Below, in pieces: positions 52,640 through 64,000 of a DNA stretch of 64,000 bases; the first letter of the stretch is position 1, and every line of letters starts with the position of its first letter. The stretch covers positions 141,794,001-141,858,000 of the forward strand of contig NC_042998.1 of NCBI RefSeq assembly GCF_006345805.1, read 5' to 3'. This DNA comes from Octopus sinensis. Taxonomy: Eukaryota. The translations under genes and the position numbers were made by a program. Under the pieces are notes generated by a model. That model searched no databases and was not told the DNA's origin. It worked only from the letters and a program-made list of their open reading frames with translations.

Positions 52640-53212
52640 ACATACATACATACATACATGGTGGCTGCCCCCTCGTTATCGAGTATGGTCATTGCACGGA
52701 GCTTAATGAATGTTGTTATCGTGCAATGCCTGTGCAAGAAGATTTTTTTAAAGCGAGGAAAGGCTGTGCACTGAGTCAATCCCACTTACTAAGCAATAAC
52801 AGCCATAATCCGAAAAGAAGAACAAGTCAACATCATCAGTAACCACTGAGCCGCAGGTTTTATGTCGGAGTTATCCCAGTTACCTGAGTTACCTTCTCCT
52901 AGAAGGGTGCCCTAACAAAGGCTAGGAGTCGTTCCCTCCCAATGGTTTAACCGCGCGATCGGGTATTCAGTCCGATTATTTCTATGTCCCCGCGCATGAT
53001 ACATCCTTAAGACATTTATTGGATGGCCGTTGACTCTCAAGAGTTCCTCCGCCCTTTGACACAGGTTTTGCTTTTCATCCCACAGGGTGTCCAATAAACA
53101 CCCTCCTCACCAAGCTTGCTTGGTGGGGTTGCCGGTTTAGTCGCCGACGACCCGACCATGCAACAGGTTGTACTGGGTTACATGTTACCAGTAGCACTCG
53201 AAAGTGACCTGA
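52640..53212 (-). mobile_element. RTE-derived non-autonomous retroelement
   Basis: Minus strand GTCGTCGGCGACTAAA and CTAGCCTTTGTTAGGGCACCCTTCTAGGAGAAGG (RTE 5' UTR-like), ending in (ATGT)n; GC-rich island with no ORF. Confidence 0.55.
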
Positions 53213-53215
53213 CAT

Positions 53216-53270
<55 letters not shown>

Positions 53271-54228
53271 ACACACACACACACACACACATATATATGA
53301 ATTTTAATGCATGAAGATGGAATGAACAGGCTTTAATCCAAGTTACTACAATTGTTTGTGCAGTAGTATCGGCTGGTAATTGCCGAGTGTTTCACGCATT
53401 ATAAACATTCTTGCATTAATATTATCTAATAATAGCTGTATGCCTGCCTGTTTTCAGACGAATAGGTTCGAGAACAGTGCTCTTACCGAAAGGCGTGCAG
53501 ATATACAGCTATTGTTTAATCATATTAATGCAATAATGCGTACAAGCTGGACCGTGAAAAATTCACGGAAAACATTAAAAATGTAAGCGTCTGTAAACAG
53601 TGTATTGGTGCCATGAGAAATGTTTGTATATTATGATCATCTGCCTTTACGTTCTGAGTTCAAATTCTGCTGAAGTCAACTTTGCCTTTCGTCCTTTGGG
53701 GTTCGATAAATTAAGTATCAGTTGTGTACTGGAGTTGACCTAATCAACTGGACCCCACCCAACAAAAATTTCAGGCCTAGAAAAATATATTGTGACAGTT
53801 ACAGAATATAGGAAGTAATGTAACACCAATGACTATATAATCCAACCAAAATACCTGTTACACAAATGTAAATGGAATTACTATTTCACCTTAGACTATA
53901 TCGTACATGCTCAAAGAACCTTCTTGGTTTAGTGGTACGGAACTTTTTTCTGGTATTGTTTTACTTGTTTCAGTCATTTGACGGGGACAATGCTAGAGCA
54001 CCACACTTTAGTCGAAGAAATTGACTCCTGGACTTATTCGCTGTGAGGCTGGTGCTTATTCTATCAGTTTCATCTGCTGAAACGGCTAAATTACAGAGAC
54101 GCAAATGCACCAACGTCGGTGTGAAGCAATGGTGATGGTGGGATAAACATACATGCATACATACATACATACATACATACATACATACATACATACATAC
54201 ATACTGCATACATGCATACATACATACA

Positions 54229-54260
<32 letters not shown>

Positions 54261-54263
54261 CAT

Positions 54264-54344
<81 letters not shown>

Positions 54345-54574
54345 TAGGTAGTGTAGGTAGGTAGTAGTGATGCTGGCTGGTGCGATTTTGTGGTTCGCTG
54401 GTATCTCGAGAGAGATCCAGCGCACAATCATATACATACAAACATACACATATATGCACAAACATACACAAACACACCTAGAGAGGGAGAGAGAGAGGCA
54501 GACAGACAAACAGTAAGTGTTAGATAGTCCACAACGAAGTTTTCACCTTTCGCTCTCTTTCTCTCTCTTCCTAC

Positions 54575-55221
54575 CTGTTGCTTTGCCACTGTGCAAGATG
54601 CGAGCAGAACAGTGAAACTGTCCTCTACGCGTTTGTGCAATGCCCCAAGGTTACTGAGCTCTGGGCTTATGTCGAACACCTGCTGTCGCATTCGAGAAGA
54701 GAACAACTGTCGAGCGAATCTGTAATTAAGATCGTTCCGCCGACCTCCCTGAATAGGGAAGAGCGAGCCTGTTTTCTCTCGGTAGTTGCTGTTGCGAAAG
54801 AAGTAGTATGGAAGACGAGAGTGAAAGGAATTGCAACAGGCATGTTCATCTCCAATCTCGAGCTAATTGACTTTTTCGTATTCCACATGAAACGGAAAAT
54901 AAGGCTGGAGAAGAAATGCCTGTCCAAAGTGTGTTTCGTAAAAGATGGAAGTCTATAGCAAGTATGTTGCGAGTGAAAGAACCTGTCTAAACGAGAATAT
55001 AAAAAGGAGAAAGCAAAGACTTCAGTGAGAGCATATGGTTTGTGGGTCGACCGTGTCCTCCGTTTCATTTTTTGTAAATCACTCATCTCATTTAATTGTA
55101 TGTATTTTAATTGTTTGTTTATTCATACGTTTCGTCTTATTCGATACCCTGACCCCAATGTTTGTTTTGTCTGTCCTCGTATCGTCCCTTCTTTTTCTCA
55201 ACCTCATGGTTAATAAAAAAA
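54575..55221 (+). mobile_element. L1/Tx1-clade LINE 3' end
   Basis: CARCEQNSETVLYAFVQCPKVTELW (zinc-knuckle-like), AKEVVWKTR, T-rich 3' UTR, AATAAAAAAA. Confidence 0.75.
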
Positions 55222-55346
55222 TTGACTGGAATTGTTTTAGTTGTCTTCGAAAGTGAAATTTCCCATAAGTACTATAAGCTCATGACGTCAAAATGAGCTA
55301 CTCCTGCTTAGACAACATCGCTTCTCAGATTGTACTCTGCAACAAT

Positions 55347-56388
55347 TATGCTGACACGGTCGCTACATTATGGGATGACGCTCCAGTTTTATCAACATTG
55401 CCAAAGTCGGTAGCTGAATTTAGGAGAGGAAGGAGAGCCTTGTAGATGACCCAAAGTCTGGGCGTCCTGCAAATGTCACTATCGAAAAAAACATTGATCG
55501 TGTTCACCATATGCTGATGGATGACAGACGATTGGTTATAAATTAGATAGTCAATGCTGTTAGCATATCCTGTGAGAGAGTTGAGAATACTCTGCACAAT
55601 GAACTTGGAATGTCGAAGGTTTTTGCTCTGTGGGTTCCACGTCCTCTGACACCCAATCAAAAGCGCATCAGGCTGATCACATCACGGGAAAATCTGACGT
55701 TGCTTGAGGCAGATCCAGCTGGTCTCCTCAAACGTTTCTTAGCCCAGGATGAGTTTTGGGTTCATTACTTTGAGTCAAAGACAAAGTGATAATCCTTGCA
55801 GTGGAAACAACCCACTTCAGCTTTTCCAGAGAAGGCCAAAATTGTTTCATCTGCATGGAAGGTGATGGTCTCAGTTTCTTGGGATGCAAAAAGGCATTGT
55901 GTTTATTGACTATCTTCAAAAGGGGCACACTATCAATGATGAGTGCTATGCCAACTTGCTGAGACAGTTACGAAAGGCTATCAAGATCAAATACCTAGGA
56001 AAACTGACGAAATGAGTCTTGTTTCATCAGGAGAATGCCCCAGCACACAAGTCCTTGTTTTCCATGGCTGCTGTGCGTGACTGTGGCGTTAAACCGGTCG
56101 ATCACCCTCCTTATTCTCCTGATTTGGCCCCATCCTAACTATCATCTGTTCCCCAACAAGAAAACACACTTAGTTAGAAACCAGTGTCGCAGTGATCATG
56201 GCATCTTATCTGGTGTTGATTTGTTTTGACCAACATCATGAAATCTTCTTCACCAATGGGATCAAAGCACTACGACACCGATAGAACTATGCGGACCACA
56301 AGGGAACTATGTTGAAAAATAAACCTCATTTTGGTTACATTCCACAAGAGTATCTTGGTCGGCTTATAAAGTTTTCAGCCGACCCTCG
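55347..56388 (+). mobile_element. 5'-truncated mariner transposon, decayed transposase
   Basis: DDPKSGRP, WVPRPLT, FLAQDEFWVHY, FHQENAPAHK, HPPYSPDLAPSNYHLF, GNYVEK*; right TIR TTTTCAGCCGACCCTCG followed by TA. Confidence 0.9.
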
Positions 56389-56514
56389 TATATATGTATG
56401 TATATACGTATGTATGCATGTATGTATGTATGTATGTATGTATGTATGTATGTATGTATGTATGTATGTATGTATGTATGTATGTATGTATGCATGCATG
56501 CATGTATGTATGTA

Positions 56515-56550
<36 letters not shown>

Positions 56551-56847
56551 TGTATGTATGTATGTATTATGTGTGTGTGCATGTGTGTGTGTCTGTCTGT
56601 ACACACACACACATATTGTTCATTTTTAACGGTTGAACTCGAAGTAGATAAAACTAGAATAATAGCATGTAAATAATTGGTTAAAAAACTTTAACTCTTC
56701 TCTCTAGACAGTTTTTAAGCAAATATTTACACGCTATTATTTATACCTTCATCTATTTCGAGTTCACCATTAAAAGCTAATCATTTCACGTTCTCTGAAA
56801 ATTTCAAAATCAGTACGATGTAAACAGCACACACACACACGCATATA

Positions 56848-56920
<73 letters not shown>

Positions 56921-56934
56921 CATAAATATATATG

Positions 56935-56982
<48 letters not shown>

Positions 56983-56992
56983 AATATATATG

Positions 56993-57035
<43 letters not shown>

Positions 57036-57111
57036 CATAATATATATGTAATACATATATATATATATATATTATATATAGATATATATATAACATAAAT
57101 AAAAATATATG

Positions 57112-57149
<38 letters not shown>

Positions 57150-57251
57150 TATATATATATTATATATATATATATATGTATGTATATATGTATATACATT
57201 ATATATATGTATGTATGTATATATATATGTATATACATATATATATGTATG

Positions 57252-57292
<41 letters not shown>
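56389..57292. repeat. (ATGT)n and (TA)n microsatellite blocks
   Basis: Direct inspection; unique spacer at ~56615-56825. Confidence 0.93.
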
Positions 57293-57293
<1 letters not shown>

Positions 57294-57358
57294 AGTTACT
57301 ATAAGGTGAGCATAAGCGTGTACGTACGCCACTATATGCATATATAAATATAAAAATT

Positions 57359-58039
57359 GAACGAAAACGCAATAGAGGACAATAAAACATTCGGACAGAT
57401 CTATGATACAAAGTAAGATAGCAGAAACAACAATTAGAAGGACACGGAAAAAAAGGACGGGTCATTCGTGGCCTTCTCTTTTCAGTCCTCCTCTCTACCT
57501 TTCCCTTTGTCTCTTTGATTTTTTTTAATCCTTCAATCCTGCTACCTCTACACCTCTCTCCCCCTTCCACGTGACCGGTGTCCCGCTAGCCATGATCTTT
57601 CTTTCTTGGCCTGACTGCCGACCGCCAACACCTCTTAAGTTTATCTCCTATGTTCCTGCCTTTAGACTTCCACTTCATACACGTCAGCTCAACTTGATTC
57701 GTTCTCAATCAAAAGACACCTGTTGTTATATTCTTGTTGTTTGTATTTGTAATTGTGTACCATGTTCTCCGTTTTTTGTCTTTGTTGCTGTACACATTCG
57801 CTTGCTTTTTTACAAAAAATCTAATGCTCTTAGCTTAGCCTTTTTTTGGTGGGTAACCAGATCAAACTGTCTCAAGTGTAACTGTCCGAAACAGTAAGGA
57901 CATCTGGTAACTTGACTGAAGAATGAAGGCTACGAATGATCTGTCCTTTTTTTTCCTTGTCTTTCTAATTGTTTTCCCTGTAGGCTTTGTATCGCCTATT
58001 TGTCCGAATGTTTTATTGTCCTCTATTGCGTTTTTGTTC
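57359..58039. mobile_element. ~680-bp element with ~130-bp terminal inverted repeats
   Basis: AAAACGCAATAGAGGACAATAAAACATTCGGACA / TGTCCGAATGTTTTATTGTCCTCTATTGCGTTTT perfect core; both arms translate to VRMFYCPLLRF in opposite-strand ORFs. Confidence 0.85.
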
Positions 58040-58040
58040 C

Positions 58041-58077
<37 letters not shown>

Positions 58078-58114
58078 TGATGAATTTTGTAGTCTCAGGC
58101 CCACCAATACATTA

Positions 58115-58193
<79 letters not shown>

Positions 58194-60479
58194 GCATACA
58201 TGCTTATATATATCTCCCATTGTTTCATCTGCCTTTACTAGGTTTCTATCATTCTTTTTGTGCGGAATTATTGAAAATCCATATGAAACACTGATCATAA
58301 AAATCATATAGCAACAATATCTTACCTTTATAATACTGGAAACTATTTTTTCTCAGTTTTCCTTTAAAAATCGTTTCGTAGCTTTATCAAGCTGATACAC
58401 CGTTATCTTTTCTAGTTTGCCTTTGTTGGTTTTAAAGTTTGCTGCATTCACTTGTGCGTATCTGATGAAATTGCTCGATATATGATATATGATTCTTTGT
58501 ACACCTTGTGTTTCACGATGAAACAGCTATGGAAAGAATTGCACAATAGTGGAATGCCCCTTCGTGTAGAAAATAATAGGTCACGACGAATATTTGTTTA
58601 ATCCCACATGACAATCTACTTGTAAACCTTTGCTCCCTTTTTGAAATCATAGTTTTATGCGTGAGTAAAAGTGCGATGCAGTGACAGAAAATATGCAAAC
58701 TGAAGGCTAGTCAAAATATGTTTGAAAGATATTTGAACACTGCAGTTTGTCGTAAAGAAAAATTATTGCTTCAGACAAAATGGTGTTAAAATACCATAGT
58801 CAAACATATTTGAACTGGTGTTAAGTTTGCATAATTTTATGGTTGCGTGTAATGTAACTCCAGTATAGTAAAACATCACCAAGCAAACTAGAAAATATTT
58901 AGTGATGTCAGTCAGCTGTTAAATATGGAATGAAGCGTTGTTTTCCTTTTGTTCTTCAGGGTTATTTTCGCATTTCCTCCAAACTTCTTACTCGAAGTTT
59001 CATTTCCATCAAATTTTCTACTCGAAAATGTAAAAGGACAAATATTTAAGAATAATATTTCTGAAAAAATATCTAAGAGTAATATCTTGCAAGCCTACAT
59101 CACAAAATGACAACAATGTTAGAATAGCAACTTTATGTAAAATAAATCCTTGAAAATCACAGTGATGTGAAAATAACAACTTATAAAATCACGGTATTGT
59201 GACACTCATATCATCATTATCTAAAACCGCAGCATTCTAAAAATAACAATTTGATCTAAAATCACGGTATCCTGACTTCTGTAACGTTATTGTCAAAATC
59301 ACAGCAATATAAAAATATCAACTGCATCATGACTCTAGTATCAATGTATTGCAATGCAACGTAAATACATAATTTAATCTAAGACCATAAACTCCCACTA
59401 CAATGAAAATGGTGACTTATAAAATCATAATGCTGTCAAAACCCTTAATATTAATCTCATATTCGTAGCAAAAGGCACCCATGTTTTAGAACTAATACTT
59501 ACATTATAAAATGAAGTAATCAGATAAGGTCAACAACTGGATTCAAAAGCACAAGAAAATTCTTCTTGTTAGGAAGGAGTCTTGTGTAGAAATGGAGTGA
59601 ATTGTTTGTAACTGGTTGATGATTGGCTGTACATTAATTGATATGAGATGAAAGCCTCAAGTCATATCAAATTTATCTACTGTGACTTAACCCTAGCCTT
59701 CCCTGATGACGGATCTGTGAAATCGTTTTCTTACATTGTGCTATTTGCAGGTAGAGTCCTTTTCCATATTTTAAGGGGTGTATCTGTTCCGTGACTGCAA
59801 ACACAGATTAGACTGTACTTTACTTACGTATGTAAATTAATTCGAGAAATTAATTATTATATCTCAAAATTCTCTCCCGTTTTCTTGGGATGGCCTGTCG
59901 CTATTAGTTACTGCTACGTTTTGTTTTCATTCTCCAACTAAATGGGGAAATTCAATTAAGTACATTATGTGTACGACATTCACTACACCATCTCTTAACG
60001 TAATTATCCATATTCCCGCCATTAATCCATTAAATTACTTCTCTTTGTTCATTCTATTTTTGATTATCTAAATAATACTGGTCCAAAATAATTCGTAACT
60101 TATTCGTAACTTTTGTGCTATATATACAAACAATCTCTCCAAAAATCTGCAAGCTTCAAAAGAGTACAGTATATTGATGTGTCCTAGATAGATAAATAGG
60201 AACATTTCCTTAGTTATCTTCCTTGCATGCAAATAAACATCATACTGTCCTTTCTCTAAATATGTATATTAACTTGAGGAATATAGACGTTTGTTAGTTT
60301 TGAGAGACCATGGATCTGCGCCTGGAAATTCTTGCTTCAGTTTTTTCGTCAGAACAGAATTGGCTGTGACCATAGAGACATCCAGATGTGAGTGATAGAC
60401 CCGGCAGCAGTGATTTCATTTAAAGGCACTGTCTGCCAGTCTTGCCCTAATGTTTTTTCTGCATTAGCAAGTATCAGCC

Positions 60480-60790
60480 TCTCCTTCATGATTTAAAACC
60501 TCTACATAGTTCCACCTCCCAGTACAGAGCGATCATCAGCAATGTCCTCTCACCTTTCAGAGTTCACGCAAAAATAATTAACATCTCTCTCAAAGATATC
60601 TTTGAAACGAAGATGGTATCAACGTTGTGTTCTCTTGCCGGAGATCAATTCCCCCACAGCAGTTCTTTCAGAATCCTTCGATCTGACATGCTGTTTACGT
60701 AGCCCAACAAGCGGAGGCGTTATTGTTGAAACAGGATGAGCATGCTAGATGTTAGCTTGATCTAGGACTTCATTGTTTGTGATTCGATCC
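60480..60790 (-). mobile_element. Degenerate RTE LINE 3' fragment
   Basis: RLRLLGYVNSMSDRRILKELLWGELISGKR...RFKD. Confidence 0.7.
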
Positions 60791-61489
60791 GATGTCCAGA
60801 ATCCGCCCCCGGCTGCCGTAGGCATAAGGCGGACAAGGGCAATCTTTTTGAGAAGCGGGTCGTACGATCTATGGCTCATCATCGGTGAGCTGCACTATTA
60901 AAAGTATTTAAAATTATTTTTCGTTAGGCCTGTCATTCAGAAAGTCCTGCGGGCTCCAGTTTGTTCTTGACTGGTTTAAGGCATTAAGACGTCGCTCTTA
61001 TCTGGACTAGATGTTCCAAGTGTCACTGTTAAGCAGTGGCACTCTAAGAATGTAAATCAATTTGGGAAATGAATTGCTAATTTTACGAGATAATCTCCCT
61101 TTTCCGTTAGGAGCCGTTAACAGCTGCTGCTAAGTTTATCCAATAGTTTTTTTTTCTTTTTATCGTTTTAAGAGGGAAATTCAATTATTTAATTTGTGCG
61201 TGTTATTCAATATGTCACCCTTTAACTTAATTATCCAAATTAGTGTTACTAATTCATTTGACTTATTTCTCTTAGCCTATTTTATATTTCATTATTCATA
61301 TTAAAATAAAATAAATTTGCGGCCATGTAGTCTCCGGTTTAGTCTAACAATGCGACACTTTGGTCAAATGTCTTCTACTGTAGTCTCAGGCCCACCAATA
61401 CATTATCATTGAATTAAGTGAACGGAAACTATGTAGAAACCCAACATGTGTGTATATATATACACAAATGTATCTATACACATAAATGT

Positions 61490-62236
61490 GTAATGGTGTG
61501 TGTGTGCTTGGGGTTACTCTAACTCCTCCCACGCCGTCCAATGGTTTTTGGGTCATTGGTAGATCACATGCCTTGTAGTTCAAATAAGGCCGGAATTTTA
61601 CGAAAACTCGATAACGCTCAGTTAGCATCGATTTTTGTGAGTTCAATCGGGCGTTTGAATTGAAATTCCCTTAACGATGTTATTTTTCCTGCAGTTTTTA
61701 CATTTTTTGTCCGATTTTGATGAAAATCAATGAGTGAGCGAGGTTCATGGCAGTGAGTTCATGTCGAAAAATTCGATAATTGACAGAAAATAAATAATTG
61801 TGCCTGAGCAGTGGCTTTATAAAATCATAGGCTTTTTGCGTGCAAATACCCATAGGGATTTTATTTTGTCCGTAACTTTTATATTTTCATGTAAATGGTC
61901 ACATGGATTCTATTTTATGACATAACTCTAACACTTTTTTTCGGATTTTGCTGAGATTGGATATGCTGATGAATTTTGTACAGAGAGTGGCATTAAGAGA
62001 AGAGAAATAAACAAACATCACTCCCAACGGATTGAGGTACACCCAAAAGTTTGACTGCAGTTATCAGACGGTCCAGTATGTAGGAGTATGTCGAAAGCGT
62101 TAACCGGGTGAAATTCCTGCCGAACCAATTACATCTTAATGCGTAATGGTTGGCACGGCGAACGTAGAAGATTTCATACAAGGTCAGAGGTGGGCTTAAC
62201 ATGGAAAACACGAGCAACGCTGGGTCAAACAGCTAG
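61490..62236 (+). mobile_element. Non-autonomous Helitron
   Basis: 3' end CACGAGCAACGCTGGGTCAAACAGCTAG|T, same terminal motif as 9354-9737; 5' boundary approximate. Confidence 0.65.
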
Positions 62237-62264
62237 TACATATATATATATATATATGTATGTA

Positions 62265-63532
62265 CAGGGGCTGGACAAAATAATGGAAGCACCTTAAGAT
62301 TTCAAAGAAATTTATTTTAATATGGGGTAGGACCACCTTCGGCAGTAATTACAGCTTAAATTCTACGAGGTATGGAGTCGTAAAAAGGTTTGAATTGTTT
62401 CCAAAGGAATTTTTGTCCATTCTTCAGCTAAAACAGTCTCTAGTTCTTCTAGTGATGATGGTGGAGGATATCGAATCCTTACTTGATTTTCTAAAGTACA
62501 CCATAAATGTTCGATAATATTGAGAGCTGGGAACTGTGGTGGCCAGATAAGATATTCAACTTCACTAGAATGTTCCTCGTGCCATTCAGTAACAACTTTT
62601 GCTGTGTAAATTGGTGTATTATCATCTTGAAAGATTGTGTTTCCTTCAGGAAATAGTTCCGCAACGATAGGATGAATTTAATCAGATAAAATGCTTAAAT
62701 ATTCTTGACTATTAATTCTGCCATGAAGGGAAACCATTGGGCCGGCGGATTTTCAAGATACAGCCCCACCTCGAGCATCACAGATCCTCCTCCATGTTTA
62801 ACAGTCGGAAGAAGGAAGTTTGGGTTAAATGCTTCTTTTGGCTATCTCCACACGTATACTCGGCCGGTGATCGGAAATAAGGCAAAGGATGACTCGCCCG
62901 AGAAAATAACATTTTCCCACTGCTTTAGGGACCAATTTTGTAGGTTTTTACTCCACTCTAAATGCTTTGCAACGTTTGTTTTTGAAAGTAGTGGTATTCT
63001 GATTGTAGCCCTCCCGTGAAATCCGGCTTTGTGCAGCTCCCGGCGAACAGTTTTTGTGAAAACTGGGTTCTTGCGGTGGTTATAAAGCTCTGCAGTAATT
63101 TTGGGAGCTGTGCTTTTGTGATCCTTTCTAACAATTCGCGTAAGAGTCCGACGGTCCATATCTGAAACTTTTGGTTTTCTTCCAGAGTTTTGTTTCGATG
63201 AGGAGGTTTTTCTCTCTTTCTCAAAGGCTGTCATTACTGTCGAGGCAGTACTTCTTGATACACCATACATTTCAGCTGTTTGCATTACACTAGTGTCTGC
63301 CTTACGAGCACCAACGATTTGACCTCTTTGAAATTCCAATAGATCTGTCATTTTAATGAATTTTAATTACCTTTTTCTGATGATATCTGAAAAGAAACAG
63401 TAATTTTAATAAAACATATTAAGTAACACTAATAATAAATAAAAAAATAAACAAGCTTTTGAGGGTTTCATAGATATTTAAAAAGTATGATGCTATGATG
63501 CTAGGTGTTTCCATTATTTTGTCCAACTCCTG
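62265..63532 (-). mobile_element. Full-length Tc1-like transposon, DD36E (Incomer-type) spacing
   Basis: TIRs CAGGGGCTGGACAAAATAATGGAAGCACCT / AGGTGTTTCCATTATTTTGTCCAACTCCTG, TA flanks. Confidence 0.92.
62317..63351 (-). pseudogene. Tc1 transposase with stops and frameshifts
   Basis: FQRGQIVGAR, NSGRKPK, VIFSGES (D>G), TVKHGGGSVM, FQDDNTPI...WPPQFPALNIIEHLW (36 residues between D and E), GGPTPY*. Confidence 0.92.
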
Positions 63533-63567
63533 TATATATACATATATATGTATATATGCAGAATACA

Positions 63568-63609
<42 letters not shown>

Positions 63610-63619
63610 TGTGAAATTT

Positions 63620-64000
63620 TTGGTGGGGGCTAGGGAGGGGGGTGCTAGTTGTTTACATCGACCGCAGTTCTCAACAGGTACTTATTTTATTAACTCTGAA
63701 AAGATAAAAAGCAACGTCAGAACGTAAAGACGGACGAAATTCCGTTTAGCATTTTGTGCGGCGTACTAACAATTCTGGCAGCTCGTCATCTTCGATAAAA
63801 CTATAAATTTATGATTTCATATTCTGGCATAAGGCCAGCAAATTCGAGACTGGGGTAAGTCGTTTACAGCAATACCAGTGCTTAACAGATAGTTGTTTTA
63901 TCGACTCCGAAATGATGAAAGGCAAACTGGACCATGGCAGAATTTGAACTCAGAACGTAAGGACGGACGAAATGCCGCTAAGCATTTTGTCGAGTGTGCT
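63620..64000 (-). mobile_element. Two tandem family D SINE copies
   Basis: Reverse-complement similarity to 45052-45260 at ~63620-63790 and ~63820-64000. Confidence 0.7.

Noticed and set aside
59700-59732. CTGATGA...GAAA hammerhead-like spacing
   Set aside because: Stems I and III are not formed; likely chance.
60797-60832. GC-rich nested hairpin TCCGCC...TGCC-GTA-GGCA...GGCGGA
   Set aside because: Short, matches no ribozyme or RNA family I can fit, and is probably a transposon terminus remnant.

Overview
Eukaryotic, very AT-rich and repeat-dense genomic DNA. The microsatellite load and repeat families suggest a cephalopod, probably Octopus (inference from pattern recognition, not a database search). 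Most ORFs in the supplied track are translations of (TA)n/(TACA)n/(CA)n microsatellites. Real content: (1) the probable 5' end of a minus-strand host gene, with a first exon near 31.07-31.24 kb and a start-codon exon at 25196-25402, coinciding with a shift from CpG-depleted to CpG-retaining DNA near 24.5 kb; (2) DNA transposons: a near-intact DD37D (maT) element, a DD36E Tc1 element, mariners including a fold-back derivative, a pogo/Tigger, nested and tandem hAT elements, and Helitrons; (3) retroelements: a Penelope-like element (RT + GIY-YIG) with inverted pseudo-LTRs, RTE, CR1, Tx1/L1 and R4/Dong LINE fragments, and several tRNA-derived SINE families. The most notable signal is a dispersed set of minimal type I hammerhead ribozyme motifs. 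One looks intact (5904-5947), one carries the compensatory U3-A8 core variant (15009-15044), and several are decayed copies in the Penelope pLTRs and in long palindromic mini-elements. There is a 100-N assembly gap at 33429-33528. No rRNA, bona fide tRNA or CRISPR array was seen. Coordinates of degenerate elements are approximate.
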